In this document: positions 21,223-33,560 of the stretch, one piece after another
Layout: each line of letters begins with the position of its first letter
How positions within the stretch are numbered: position 1 is the stretch's first letter
DNA from: Pseudogymnoascus verrucosus
Taxonomy: Eukaryota
NCBI GenBank assembly: GCA_001662655.1
Contig: KV460229.1
Length of the DNA: 64,000 nt
Strand: one strand, 5' to 3'
The notes under the pieces: generated by a model
Database searches by the model: none
What the model was told of the DNA's origin: nothing
What the model saw: the letters and a program-made list of their open reading frames with translations, nothing else
Translations under genes and position numbers: made by a program

Positions 21223-22164
21223 TCAATGTCGCTCACAGTTAGTCCTTGAGAAACACTTGGTTCCGGTGCATGCGAGATCGAACCAAGCCATTACTGTCGG
21301 TTCTTGATTCGCGATATTATGAGGCACACCCTCCGCTGAGTATGACTCGAAAGTTGGGCCATAGATGGACTTGGTCCAGCCGCTGACTGGCGTGTTAAGT
21401 ACCGTCTTAATAGGAGATTTAGGTAGCCCAAGCACCGTGGTCCATTCTTTGATCTCCTCTTGTAGATTTTGTGGATACAGAACCGTGTCAGCTGTGCCGT
21501 GGAAAACCTGCATCTTGGGCCTGTAACCCTTGTAGCCAGGATATGCCGCCTTCACGATAGCCGCCCATTCTTTGCCAGTCTTGATGATCTTGCCAGTCGC
21601 ACAGTCATCACTCCACACGCCATATCCGTCGCCGGCAAAGCAGCCAAATGCCACACCAGCAAATGCGCTCCCGGCAGCGAACACGTCCGGATAGCTCCCC
21701 AACAGTACATTCGTCATCATAGCACCGCTGCTGACACCGGTGGCGAAAACGCGGTTGGCATCTCCGTTGTACTTGTTCAGCACGTATCGAACCATGCTCA
21801 CGATACCGAGACTGTCACCACCACCGTTGTGCGAGAGCGTCTGCGAGCTTGAGACGTCCCAGCACTTGTCGGCCTCGTTCGGGGAGTCGGGGTAGATGAC
21901 AATGAAGCCATATTCGTCAGCGAGTGTGGCGTATTGGGAGCCGGTAAAGGCATCGCTTGCTTGGCCGTGGCAGGCATGGGGGTTCACGAGAACTGGCGGG
22001 TTGGAGGTGAGATTGGTCGGAACGTAGATGTAGAAACCGACGTTTGTGGGATTGCTCCCGAAGTTGACCGTCACTTTCTCGAGTTGGTTCGCAGCGGCAT
22101 TGACCAGGGCGAGGGGGAGAGACAAGGCCCCAACAAGGACGCTGAGGGCTGAAAGTCGGGCCAT
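21223..22164 (-). CDS. axeA: Secreted acetylxylan esterase, CE1 (PHB-depolymerase-type esterase)
   Basis: Signal peptide, NFGSNPTNV..YIYVP, CWDVSS, nucleophile motif GVSSGAMMT, PDVFAAG and MQVFHGTAD. Confidence 0.9.
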   Translation of the reverse strand: MARLSALSVLVGALSLPLALVNAAANQLEKVTVNFGSNPTNVGFYIYVPTNLTSNPPVLVNPHACHGQASDAFTGSQYATLADEYGFIVIYPDSPNEADKCWDVSSSQTLSHNGGGDSLGIVSMVRYVLNKYNGDANRVFATGVSSGAMMTNVLLGSYPDVFAAGSAFAGVAFGCFAGDGYGVWSDDCATGKIIKTGKEWAAIVKAAYPGYKGYRPKMQVFHGTADTVLYPQNLQEEIKEWTTVLGLPKSPIKTVLNTPVSGWTKSIYGPTFESYSAEGVPHNIANQEPTVMAWFDLACTGTKCFSRTNCERH

Positions 22165-23781
22165 GGTGATTGAATGGTGACGGAGGATCTACGAGGAAAT
22201 ACGACAGAGAGACCGTAGCAACCTGGAGAGAGAGAAAACCACTTACGGAGAGAGAGATAAACCCAATATATATGCAAACCAAAGTGGAAGGCAAATCGAT
22301 ACTCATTGCTTGCTCGGTCCAAGGGCTTCATTGCCACTCTATCGTCAACGGAAGCAGCATTCCATCCAGGTGGCTTCAGTGATAATCTCGGACCAGATAG
22401 GTTAGAAGCCGAAGCAAAATAGAGTGCAGTCCATAAGAACGCGCCTTACATATAAACTGTCGGGCGGAGGCAATTAATATATTGATGGCAAGTGTGATCC
22501 AGATCCAGTTCGCGCCTTCCATTTGGTGATTGGGGAAACGGAGACATGGAGAAATGCGCTGTGAGAGTGTATAATCTATCCACTTTATAACCATGCAAGT
22601 GCAAGTTAATCTTTTATCCTCTGCATAAATAATAAATAATCCTCGGAGTATTTCCTTTCCTGATTTGGCATCACGGGAGCTACACTCCGATATTTCTTCA
22701 TTTGGCAGATGGATGTCAAAGCCCAAAGTGTTCCACGTGATATATTCGAGTTTCTCCAATACGGTTTCCCATCGCAGGACCGTGGGGGTTGGGGGTGCAT
22801 ATATCGAGGCCCTGGACAATATCACATCGTCGTCGACCACGTCGCTGGTGTTCGTGGTAGGTTGTTGTTGTTATTGTTGTTGAGGTGAAGCTGCTGCTCG
22901 GGTCGGGTCCAAGCTGCCGGCGAAGCGAAGCTGAATCGTTCGTAATTCGTGGGAAAACAGAACAGGTCGTTCTTGCCGCATAGGGTTTCACTACTTGGAG
23001 ATGCGACGACGAATCTCCGCGTCAATTGAGGATGTCAAGATGCTGAAACTGGCAATACCCCAGTGGAGAATGCTCTTTCTGGGCATACGGGCGAGATATC
23101 CGGGGTCGAAAAGTCTAAAAACAGATCGACCAGCCTCCTTCCTGAAACCAAACCCAGCACGAACCAGCACGAACCCAGCACCGCGCTTGGACCGATACGA
23201 CAATCTCGAAACCCCGAACCTCACAGCGGCGATGAGACGTCGCACCTCACTCACCCTCGATGGCGGGATTGTCTAAATTGGATATTCGGCCTTGAAATTT
23301 CACCCCCACGAAGCCTTGGCAAATGAAGATGCAAGTGGCGTTTGGCGACTTGAGGCTCACAATGTCGCGGATTATCCCAGTCAGCGCCTCGTGGTGCAAT
23401 GGAGCACCCACAGCTATTCGACGGCTTCATCTTGGCGCCAACGGAGAATTAACGTGAGTTGACATGGGAGCTTCAGATCAGGAGTCGCCGCCGCTAAGTG
23501 CCCTGTCCTATCCTTGCTCTCAAGCAGTCAGTACGCAACTCTAGTCTGATCTCGTCTACAGTCTGATCTTATAAGAGGCAGGTTGTCCACCGCTGTAATA
23601 TCTCTTTTTCTTCTTCAGCCGCGCTCATTTCTTCATTTCCAGTCCAAGCAATTACCAACCTTTCGTCTTCTACTTCTCTCGCATCGCAGCTGTGCTGTCG
23701 TTTTTAAGCCACAATTTCATCCATTTAACATATACCACCTCACCTCAACAACCTTCAACAACCCCCAAAACAACAGACACC

Positions 23782-24351
23782 ATGCAGTTCTCCATCTCCA
23801 CCATTGCGCTCTACGCCACCCTCTTCCTCACAGTCTCGGCCTTGCCGCTCACATCCCGTGCTCTGTCTTCCCAGGCATACAACGACCTGTCCATCAGTGC
23901 TGGCCAGGCCGGAGATGCTGAGGCAGAAGCCGCGGCCAAGATCGGCATCGACAGCTCCTCTGACCTCGCCAACGTCAGCAAGGCCGACCTCCAGATTGTC
24001 AAGGGGATCCACGATGTCGCCAATGCCGCCGAGGTTGGAGCATTCAACCCCGCGGTCGCTGCTGCGACCGGTGCTGAGAAGGTGGCGATCCAGGTACGTG
24101 ACCGCACCCACTCACTCTGCTTACCCTTCTCGCATCGAGACTAACATTGATTATAGAACGGCAAAATAAAGAACAAGGTCCTCAAGCTCTCTGCCGCAGT
24201 TCTGGCCCTTCAGATCCAGGAAGCGCAGGGTGACAGCAGTGTTGCGACGAAGTTGGCAGCAGAGCAGAAGAAGCTGGCCAACAACATTGCGTTGGACACA
24301 AAGGCTGCCGGCCAAGACAGCACTGCGGTTTCTTTCGATGGGACTTCTTAA
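23782..24351 (+). CDS. Conserved fungal small secreted protein
   Basis: Signal peptide MQFSISTIALY.., intron 24094-24156, motifs YNDLSISAG.AG, AEVGAFNPA, NGKIKNKVLKL and KKLANNIALD. Confidence 0.88.
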
Positions 24352-24859
24352 ATAGTTGAATGCAGTTGAAGAGAGGGAAGGGGAGGATGCTTGGGACTTC
24401 CCAGATGCATTGTATCCAGGTTGGAATTTGGATTGTATTGTGGTGAGAGAGGTAAGATTAGTTGACAAAGCGAGGTTTTTGTAGAAAATATCAATATACT
24501 TGTTTTTCTGGAATACTGGTAGCCAACTGTGACGATGAAAGGGTTTGGATTTGAGGCCTGATGCGCGAATATCGGAGTTCAGAATTGAAGATGGTGACGA
24601 AGGAAGGAAGGAAGGGGCTGAGGTTTCGGAACCAAGTATCGCAAACCTGGTCGGTTGGTCTTGCCAATTTAGCCAAGAAGAGCTTCATGCAGCAGCCAGC
24701 CTTATGAGATCAGCCGTACGTACCCTACGCCTCTTTTCGCGATTTTCGGTACATCTGGTGAGGCATCTGGTGAGGCTGCCTATTGTCTGAGGCTGAGGCT
24801 GAGTATAAATATTAACTAATAAACAATAAATCACTCAAAGAGACCCTTAAACTTACGGC

Positions 24860-27508
24860 CAGTGTGCAGCGAATCGTGACTCGGCATGATTCGCCCCGAA
24901 TCAGATTCGAATCATGATCTGATTCGGGCTATTTCTCAATGATTCGAATCATGATTCGGCCAGTATTCGAATGATTCGAATACTTGCCAAGATACATAAT
25001 ATGTCCAAGCGTCTAGCGGTGAAGGCTTGTCGCCGTCCTCAATATATAGCTTTTTAGATTAACATTTAATACAATTAATACAATCATTGTTATTATGAGT
25101 GATTCCGAGCTGTCTGACGTTCCTGAGGATCTTGATGATTATGTCGTCGATGAAGATAACAGTAATGCGAGTGTATTCTCATCGTCTTCGCTGTCGTTAC
25201 CACAAAGTAGTAATGATGGTATATTCTCATCGTCTTCGCTATCGTTACCACAAAGCAGTACTGCAATACTACAGCTACCAGCCACTCATTCTACTCTTTT
25301 TACGAAGAATCTATATTCTCGTACTATCTTAAGAGGCTCTCCTAATAAGATGCAGTATACCTGTACACAAGAGAACTGTTCATATATGCCTGAAGCTAAA
25401 CCGGTATCACAAAATACGACAAGCAATTTATGGAGACATATTGAGCTAAAGCACCCAGCTATCTTCGAAGCTTCTTCAAAATCTACTCGAAAACTGAAGG
25501 ATAAAGACGATATCCGCCCTCAGAATCGTGCGTCTATGTCTAGATTCTTCAGGCCAAATCCCCAGAGTACAACGACTCTAGTTTCAAGCACCAAATTCCG
25601 AGAATTGCTGCTTGCGTTCATCGTTACGAATAATCTACCTATGAGATTAGTGGATAAATTCTCATTCCGGCAGCTCGTACATCATCTTAATCCTTCAGTC
25701 CTAAGTATCTCTTCAACGTCTTTGAAAAGGGATCTACATAGGCAGTTTTGCCATCATCGAGGGCAGCTACAACTACAACTACAGAAGCATATTATAGCAG
25801 GTGGACGATTATCACTTACGACTGATGCTTGGACTGCTACGAATGGAACGGATCATGCTGCTATTACTGTACACTGGATATCAAAAGATTGGGTCCAACA
25901 CTCAAGAATCCTCGATGTGATAAATCTACTTGAGCCTATTCATTCTGGCGAATACCTAGCTCAGCAATTACTCTCAGTTACAGATGATTTCAAAATTACA
26001 CATGGAGTCTTTACAATTACAAGAGACAATGCATCAAATAATACAGTAATGCTCAACCAATACGAATTAAGAGCAGCAGATGTTCCGACGACGACGAATC
26101 AGCCATGGAGCTTTACAGTAAAAGATGGCGATGTACGATGTATGGCACATATCATAAATCTAGCTGTTCAAGCAGCTCTTACAACGATGAAAGCTGTACC
26201 ATCAGAAGAGCTTGAGAGTTATCGAGTTCAAGAGGGTTTAGCTTATGCTCGGATCAATGCTATCTATTCTGAAAAAGAAGAAGTTGTTAGCGCTTTAACA
26301 AAGCTTCGTAAGCACATCTATGTGTTTAGAAATCGTCGAGGGTGGAAGGACAGTCTTCGTTCTCACGCCATTGCCACTGGAATCAAGCCTGTTACTCTTA
26401 CGATTGATATGCCAGTAAGATGGAACTCAACGTATCATATGCTTCAAAATGCATTGTTAATGGAGGCACCAATTACAGCGCTTTGTGCGTCACAGACTCT
26501 TGATATAAGCATGCGGGATATCCAGATTAATTCGAAGGAATGGGAATTACTTCATGCTCTTACAGATTTCTTCGAGATTTTCAAGCGTATCTCAGAAAAG
26601 GTGCAAGCAGATGGGTATCCAACACTTAACTACTGTGTTCCATATTATCTACGACTAATGGATAAAATCAAGAAGATGAAGAAGACTGTGAAGCACATAT
26701 CTATCGACGAAGCTTGTACTGCTGCGTTTAACAAATTAGACGACTATTTCTCACTTGCAACAAGCCAACGGTCAAGCCATTCAACAGTTGCAACAATATG
26801 CGATCCTCGGTTTAATTTTAGTATATTTGACTTCTATTTACCAGAAAGCTTTTATAACATAAGCAAAGAGCGAGCAAGAGCACAGTTTGCAGCTTGTTAT
26901 AACAAGTATAAAGCACGGGACAATGACATTCGAGCAGAGGAAATGGATGCTATGCATAACGAGGATGAGAATATACCTCGAGAAGTAGACTCTGAGGATG
27001 AGATGTTTAAGCATCGAAAGCCTATACTTCAAGAAGTCGAATGGAGACGGTGGCTTAATGAGCCAGGAGTTGATAAGCCTGATACTAATGTTCTTAAATA
27101 TTGGCAAGCAAAGCAGTATCAGTATCCAATAATTGCACAAATAGCTCGAGACTATTTGGCAATTCCAGCAACATCAGCAGCATCAGAACGAGTCTTTAGC
27201 CAAGGAGCTGACATTGTTACGAAGAAAAGGAATAGACTATTACCTTCAACAATCAGATACTTACTATGTCTACGGGATTGGGGGGTAATTGTCGATGATG
27301 AGGATGTCGAAGATATAAGTCAAGATATGGGTTAGGCATAGTTAAATATTTTTCGTAGTTTTCAATATTCCATACACTCTATTTCAGCCTCAAAGATTCG
27401 AATCATGACTCGAATCAGATTCGAGTCATGATTCGGCGAATACCTCAAAAATATGAATGATTCGGCGGATCGCCGAATAGTATTCGGGGGGTGATTCGCC
27501 GCACACTG
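24860..27508 (+). mobile_element. Intact hAT DNA transposon (2649 bp)
   Basis: 16-bp TIRs cagtgtgcagcgaatc / gattcgccgcacactg (1 mismatch). Perfect 8-bp TSD cttacggc at 24852-24859 and 27509-27516. Subterminal gattcg/cgaatc arrays. Confidence 0.96.
25095..27335 (+). CDS. hAT transposase, 746 aa
   Basis: BED-like C..C..H...H, TTDAWT, TRDNASNN, RCMAHIINL, VRWNST, and the dimerisation region ARDYLAIPATSAASERVFS. Confidence 0.95.
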   Translation: MSDSELSDVPEDLDDYVVDEDNSNASVFSSSSLSLPQSSNDGIFSSSSLSLPQSSTAILQLPATHSTLFTKNLYSRTILRGSPNKMQYTCTQENCSYMPEAKPVSQNTTSNLWRHIELKHPAIFEASSKSTRKLKDKDDIRPQNRASMSRFFRPNPQSTTTLVSSTKFRELLLAFIVTNNLPMRLVDKFSFRQLVHHLNPSVLSISSTSLKRDLHRQFCHHRGQLQLQLQKHIIAGGRLSLTTDAWTATNGTDHAAITVHWISKDWVQHSRILDVINLLEPIHSGEYLAQQLLSVTDDFKITHGVFTITRDNASNNTVMLNQYELRAADVPTTTNQPWSFTVKDGDVRCMAHIINLAVQAALTTMKAVPSEELESYRVQEGLAYARINAIYSEKEEVVSALTKLRKHIYVFRNRRGWKDSLRSHAIATGIKPVTLTIDMPVRWNSTYHMLQNALLMEAPITALCASQTLDISMRDIQINSKEWELLHALTDFFEIFKRISEKVQADGYPTLNYCVPYYLRLMDKIKKMKKTVKHISIDEACTAAFNKLDDYFSLATSQRSSHSTVATICDPRFNFSIFDFYLPESFYNISKERARAQFAACYNKYKARDNDIRAEEMDAMHNEDENIPREVDSEDEMFKHRKPILQEVEWRRWLNEPGVDKPDTNVLKYWQAKQYQYPIIAQIARDYLAIPATSAASERVFSQGADIVTKKRNRLLPSTIRYLLCLRDWGVIVDDEDVEDISQDMG

Positions 27509-27677
27509 CTTACGGCAGTGCACTGTTCATTCAACCTTCACTTCTATCATCCGATCAAAATCGCACGATATTCATCTACATCATGAGCCCTCACCCCAGC
27601 CAGACATCTTGTCTACATTGATGCGCTGCGCCATCTATCCAAAACCACATAATCTCTCATCTGACTGATCGATCAAA

Positions 27678-29283
27678 ATGTCAGGCGGGTCTTTCGCCTT
27701 CTACCGTTTCTCTATTATATTATTGTTAGGCAACTTGGCCTGGACCACCAGATCCAACAGCCTGTTTGTATCCAAACATGCTACAGAGCTCATCGGACCT
27801 CAATTCAACTCCAATATTGGTCGTGGGGAGCAGACAATGTACATTGGGGTTGGTTCAAACTCCTCTCCAATTATTTAGCATATACTAACGCGTCAACAAG
27901 TTGACGATTTGCTTCTGGTATAATCTAGTTGCCTGGATCCTATCAATCCTTGACTCGTGCGTTGTACTCGTTTACATAGGTTTAATCGACCTGGGCATCG
28001 TCGCAGCTTTGATCCCCGCAGTCTACTGGCAAGGCACTTACATACCCCACTGGAAAAGCGTCTGTCAAAGTGCCGCTTCGTGGCAGGTGTCGAATGCCTC
28101 TGACAAATCTTGGTTCACTGTCCTAGCGAAGCTTCAGAAACCTGCCGACCCGGATCCAAAGGGTTGCTGTGAGAAATACGTGGAAACCTGGATATTTACT
28201 GTTGTTGTGATGTGAGTACTACTCACAGTACCCATATTATTTTATCTCAGCATCTGTGGAGAATTACCTTGCTGACCAAGTTTCATATATTGCAGAGTTC
28301 TATTCTCGATTTTTGGCATTTTAAACATTCGCTCTGGTACCAAAAACGATTTATTCACTTGGTGCAGACTTAAAAGACCATGGAGCACGGAAATGATACA
28401 GAGCAAATCTTTCTTGCGTACACTGCTCAAGTACCTGCTGCTGCCATTCTACATTATCTGGCACTTCTTCGTGTTTCCTAGAACGAGGGCAAAGTGGTAT
28501 TTCTGGTATCGCTACTGTGTAAAGGTGATATACAGACACAGAGGGCGCCGCACACCATCGACCGCAAGTTTAATTCAGGACAACCCGCAATACGAGAAGA
28601 ATACCATCTTCCGGGACAAACATTCGGATCGCCTATCTCGGCTGTTGATGCTCGACATCTCAACATTGGTTGCCTCCAACCTACATTATACCGATATCCA
28701 AAGTCTCAGTTTGACCTCGAGCCACATCCGGGAGACTCTCTTCCCAACTGGAAACATCAGACACCACACGGCACATTTTCGACTGAACAGTTGTAACCAG
28801 GCGGGGAAGACCAGATGCTGGCACTGCCAGCTACAGATATGTAATGTAAGATAGCGCTCCGTCCCGTACAGTTGTCGAGGATGGAATATCCATCTAACAG
28901 TTCCGCAGGGTTGTGGATATGAGCGCGAACTCCGTGACACACCGACGTCTCTTCATCTACACGCCTGCAAACCGCGCTGCACAATGTGCTACAAGGATAC
29001 CATCTCCAAGTTTACTGGGCAGAGTAGCTGCAAATGCAGACCATACCTCACGAAACAAATGGTCTGCATAAACTGCTGTAAAATCCCTAATGAGGTGCTA
29101 GTCACTCATCGCAATGCTCGGGACCAAGCCAAGCTGGAACGGTCGCTGATGCGACCAGTACCTTGCTCACATTGTAGGGGCGATTTGGAAGCCGACGGGC
29201 CGCGGTGGTGGGTGTGCACTAAGTGCGAGAGAGAATGTGCAAATCACATCCATCCTGGTTGGGCTCCAAAGTCGCCGGTTTAG
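27678..29283 (+). CDS. Multi-exon hypothetical protein: N-terminal TM helices, F-box-like segment, Cys-rich C-terminus
   Basis: Introns 27849-27900, ~28211-28295 and ~28846-28908 join the ORF pieces. Motifs LDISTLVASNLHYTDIQSLSLTS (F-box-like) and several CxxC pairs (CWHCQLQIC, CSHC, RWWVCTKCEREC). Confidence 0.65.
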
Positions 29284-29425
29284 TTTTGAGATTCTGGAGT
29301 ATGGCGCATTACACGAACACGGTGGTGGGTGTGCACCAGGTGCAAGAGAGAATGTGAAAACACCCATCCTGGTTATGCTCCAAAGTTGGCGGGTTAGTTT
29401 TGAGTTTCTGGAGCACGGCGCATTA
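29203..29425 (+). repeat. Tandem duplication (~107 bp x2) of the gene's 3' end
   Basis: cggtggtgggtgtgcac...gagagaatgtg...ccatcctggtt...gttttgag.ttctggag...ggcgcatta occurs at 29203-29311 and 29320-29425. Confidence 0.85.
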
Positions 29426-29771
29426 TTTTGATCAACAAACACGAACAGAAATGATAAGACGGAAGCATGACATCAAGATATTGATGAACCGGAGTTGTAC
29501 GACACAGTCCCTTTTCAGGCGCGGCGTTGAGGTTAGACTTCAAATATCAGGGCTCGATGGGCTATGGAACATGCATCCGGCGTGAAATATGCACTTAATA
29601 AGTTAATGAGGTAGTTGCCAATTCTAATGATCAAACTATGGCATTTAATGATTTGGCAATTTGGTTCTTTGGTATATCTCCAGCGTTCAATCCAACGTGC
29701 CCTCCTGGTATCATATTCACCACAGCCTCAGCCATTGCCATGATCTTCCACCGCCCAACATTATAAGACGC

Positions 29772-31511
29772 TTAGTATTTATATCTAAATCCGCCCTTCG
29801 CTGCGTTGATCGGGACACCGTGTTGATCAACCTCTTCGCCTTCCGAAACAACTACTCCAACATCTGCAGCATCCATCTGTTTGTTCAATCGGATCAACAT
29901 GAACCGTAGTCCTGTCGCCGTGAGGATGGACATGGCCGCCGTGATGCAGTTGACAATCATAGCAATGGTGAACTTGGGCTTGATGTACATGTAACTAGTG
30001 TATATCGAAGCGATGTTGCTGATGCAGTTTATGAATGCGAGTGCAGCAGCTCTCTTAGCCGCTGGGCGTGGCAACGTATTGCTGATCCAGCCAAGGGCGA
30101 CGGTGTAGCCACAGTATAATCCGGGAATCATCAACATCATGGCCACGTATCGTGGGGCGGTAGAGGTGGTAGCGGCAGCGAGGATGAACGCGATGACGGC
30201 AACAGTAAGTGGTAGCACGATGTGATAGAACCTCTCTCCGGTGCGGTCGGCGTGCCATGCGTTGATGTAGGTGGTGATTACGCAGAGAACATAAGGGGGG
30301 ACCGTGAGAAGTAGAGTCTGGACAGGAGTAAAGTTGAGCGACCCAACGACAGAGGGGAAGAAGCTCGTCACGGAGCCGGACGAGACGATGCCAAACAGAA
30401 TGACCAGCTGTTGATTGTGTTAGCCACGAGACAGAATATTCCACAAAGAAGTCTGTGGTAGTAACAACTCACCAGAATCCAGGTCTTGATGTCGCTTAAC
30501 GCAAGCTTGATACCATTCAAGAACGACTGGCTTTCGCTGTCGACCCAATCATCTTCACCGATATCTTCCTCCATTCTCCACGCAGCAAGCTGACGCTCTT
30601 CCTCGGATAGCCACATTGTTGTGCGGGGAAAGTTGGGTAGAATAAGGAAGGCAGCGGCGGCAATACCGATCGTGATTGTGCCCTCAATGATAAATAGCCA
30701 GCGCCAGGAACGGAGGCCGTGGAGATGGTCCATGTTTCCGACGATCCCAGCTGCCATCAGCCCCGAGAAGGCTCCACTGATGAGAGCCCCGGAATAAAGA
30801 ATTGAATAACGGAAGCCGAGTTCCGCACGTGTATACCAACACGATAGGTAATAAAGACATCCAGGGAAGTATGCTGCTTCCACAAAGCCGAGCATGAACC
30901 TACAAGCCACCAGGCCCCCGAAGTTATGGCAGGCTGCTGTGGCGGTAGATATGACGCCCCAGACAACCATACATGACGGCAGGAAGACGGCAGGCTTTCC
31001 GATTTTGTTGAGATATAAATTGGATGGGATTTGCATCAGAACGTAGCCCACGAACAGAATACTAATACATGTCTAGGCAGACGTCAGCGGCAGCCCATAC
31101 ATGTGCGCATTGGAGCCAGGTCCAGTCGGAAAATCTTACGGCATACTCGTTGCCCTGTAGATTCAAATCCTCTTCAAGAGCTCCCAATCGAGCCGCTGCA
31201 ATATTGTTGCGGTCCAGGTAGTTCATGATGTACATGAGGACAATCATTGGCATGAGTCTCAAATCGACCTTCCTCACGAGCGCCTTCTCTGCCGCCGCCC
31301 TCCGCTCTGGGGTCATGGCGGCCACCAGCGCCGGGGGAGCGATTGCCCGTCGAACACCCTCGGTAGGAACTTCTTGGACATAGGGAAGGGCCTGCTTGTC
31401 CGAGTCCAAATGCTCCACAGCACCCGCTTCATATTCTTCGTCGGATTTAGATTCAGTCTTTAGGTCGGCCTTGGAGTCGGCCCTGGCAGCGTTTGTGTTT
31501 GGAATATCCAT
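29772..31511 (-). CDS. MFS transporter, anion:cation symporter (DAL5/TNA1-like) family
   Basis: Motifs RKVDLRLMP..YIMNYLDRNNIAAARL, RFMLGFVEAAYFPG, WRWLFIIEG and LLLTVPPY; two introns. Confidence 0.92.
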
Positions 31512-32722
31512 TGCGACGAGGGGGGAGCCGACGTCTCGCGAGAATACCAAAAGCCTTTCTTGCACGAAGGTAAATTCAACAGCGTTGCGGGGTATTTAGA
31601 GGGCGTCTAAAGGAGGGCGGGCATCAGCGAATTCAAGGCGGCATTACGTTCTTATAGAGTACCAGGTGACGTTCAATCGACCAGGGTAGGAGGAGCTGCG
31701 AGAGCTCTCTCCTGCACGTCTCGCATATGGACAGAGGCCGGTGGTGCTTGCCTTCATGGTGCAACACTGACTAGGTCTGCACGTATTCATCAAAGATCAT
31801 CGGTGAGAAGCTACTGCATTTGGCCAAGTGGTGGGAGGGAATGCTGGTCTGCAGAGTACCGGCCGGCGCTTTTCTGGATAAGAGTGTGGCCGAGGAAAAT
31901 AAACTTCATGGAGGAGATGGAGGCGATGGAGGAGGAGAGTGGCCCCGTTTGGCGGGGATCAAACGGACATTTACACGGCAGTTTGTTTGTACTTCATTCG
32001 TAGTGTGGTGTGCATCTCGGTGAAGACCGAGCTTGGAGTGTTGTAGTACCGAGATATGTGCCATAGTAGCTGTGGAGTAGGCTGTCAAAAGTACGGCCGT
32101 GCCGTCAAGGATGCCGCTCCCAACCACATCGGACCTTGATGTGTGTACGAAAGTATGCGGGGTGCGGGGTAGAGGTTACGGGGAAGACGGGTCTGGGGAT
32201 ATTTGGCAAAATAGCCCAAAATACGGAGTAGACAAGGTCATCAAGGACATCAAAGAGTCAGAGTGAGTGGATGGGTTAAATTCCCCGGAGATCGGTTTTT
32301 GTAGCCCATCCAATCACGTGTCTGTACTGCCCCAAAGCCAGTCCACTGTCACCCTCAGCTAAATCCGCATGAGGCAAGTCGTTCATGATGATCGGCGTGT
32401 GGGATACCACGAAAATACCAATTGCCAACTACCAACTGCTACCCCAGATCCATAGAAAGTCGGGGACGCGCTCTGGCGTCACAAACAGAGATCCCCCCAT
32501 GTTGCACCAGAAATAATCGCTCAACGAGCAGCATCACATGCTTCCCAAACTGCTGGGATTAATAATCTGCAGATGAGACCAAAGATATCATACATTGAAG
32601 TGCCACTTCCCCCGGTAATTTCATCATTATTCTCACATCGCTTCCACTGATAAGAAGCGGGACGGACCAGCACACGCTACCATCTCAATAGAACCAATAG
32701 CGCGGCCCATTTGAGCTCCCGT

Positions 32723-33560
32723 CTAGGTCTTGGCCGTCCCGAGTAAAAGGTTAGGCTTCCCGTGCTTCCCCTGTACTTGGCGTGTGTTGAACCGCATCCA
32801 TTTCTTTGAAGTCTGCCTCCTGGCCGAATTGCTGGCGGCAATGGGCGCGCGACACTGGTGATCTCGTCGACGACACCTTCGCTGCAGGAAGGCGTTGTGA
32901 GGGAACCAGAGTATCTGAGACAGGTCAGCGTATGAACCTGGGTTGCAGGGTGGGAGTAGCAACAACATACCTCATAACAGGGTTGTTATCCAGATGGGCA
33001 ATGGGAGATGCGAACGAGATATGTTCACTTGTGACGGTTGCAATCTGACCAAGTTCCGCGATATGCGATACGGGAGATAGGGCAGTGTCGAAAACCTGTG
33101 TGGTGTACGTATTGCCGAGGGAAGTGAGAAAAGCGATAGCTGCAACTGACAGGTCAGAAAATGCCGCGTCACTGATATCCTAGAGCAGATATGGAAGAGT
33201 GGGCTTACCTGCGGTATCGAAGTCAAACTGGCTCCCCACGGATGCGTATTCCCCGACAACTCTATTCTCGGTGAAGATGCCGAAGTCGAAGTGCCTCAAG
33301 GCATTGCTCTCTGTCGCCGTCCCAAGCCGCCCAAGGGCCAGCATGTCCAGCGTCGCTCCCACGTCCACAAATTCAGAGCCATCCATGTCTGGGATCAACT
33401 GCGACCATTGCAACGGCTCGATCGGCTCTGTGTATCCAAAGTGGGAGCCTTCTAAGCTGCCTTCGGCGCGGGGCAGAAGAGATGTGCCATATACACAGGA
33501 GGAAACAGGTTGACAGAATGTGGTGAACACGCCGAGCGTGCTGAGAACATTGGTCCGCAT
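32723..33560 (-). pseudogene. Degenerate secreted alpha-carbonic anhydrase
   Basis: Signal peptide plus SCVYGTSLLPR..FGYT...PLQW. YSGSLTTPSCSEGV follows intron 2. The family C-terminus (KKWMRFNTRQVQ....PNLL) is in another frame. The QFHFH..SEH motif reads HFDFGIFTENR. Confidence 0.75.

Noticed and set aside
22376..23326. Cluster of 60-150 aa ORFs on both strands
   Set aside because: No recognisable motifs or consistent gene structure. The region includes a (gtt)n microsatellite and is probably the divergent intergenic region.
24690..24802. cagcc/ggctg and catctggtgagg repeats as a MITE
   Set aside because: The inverted match is too weak and there is no TSD.
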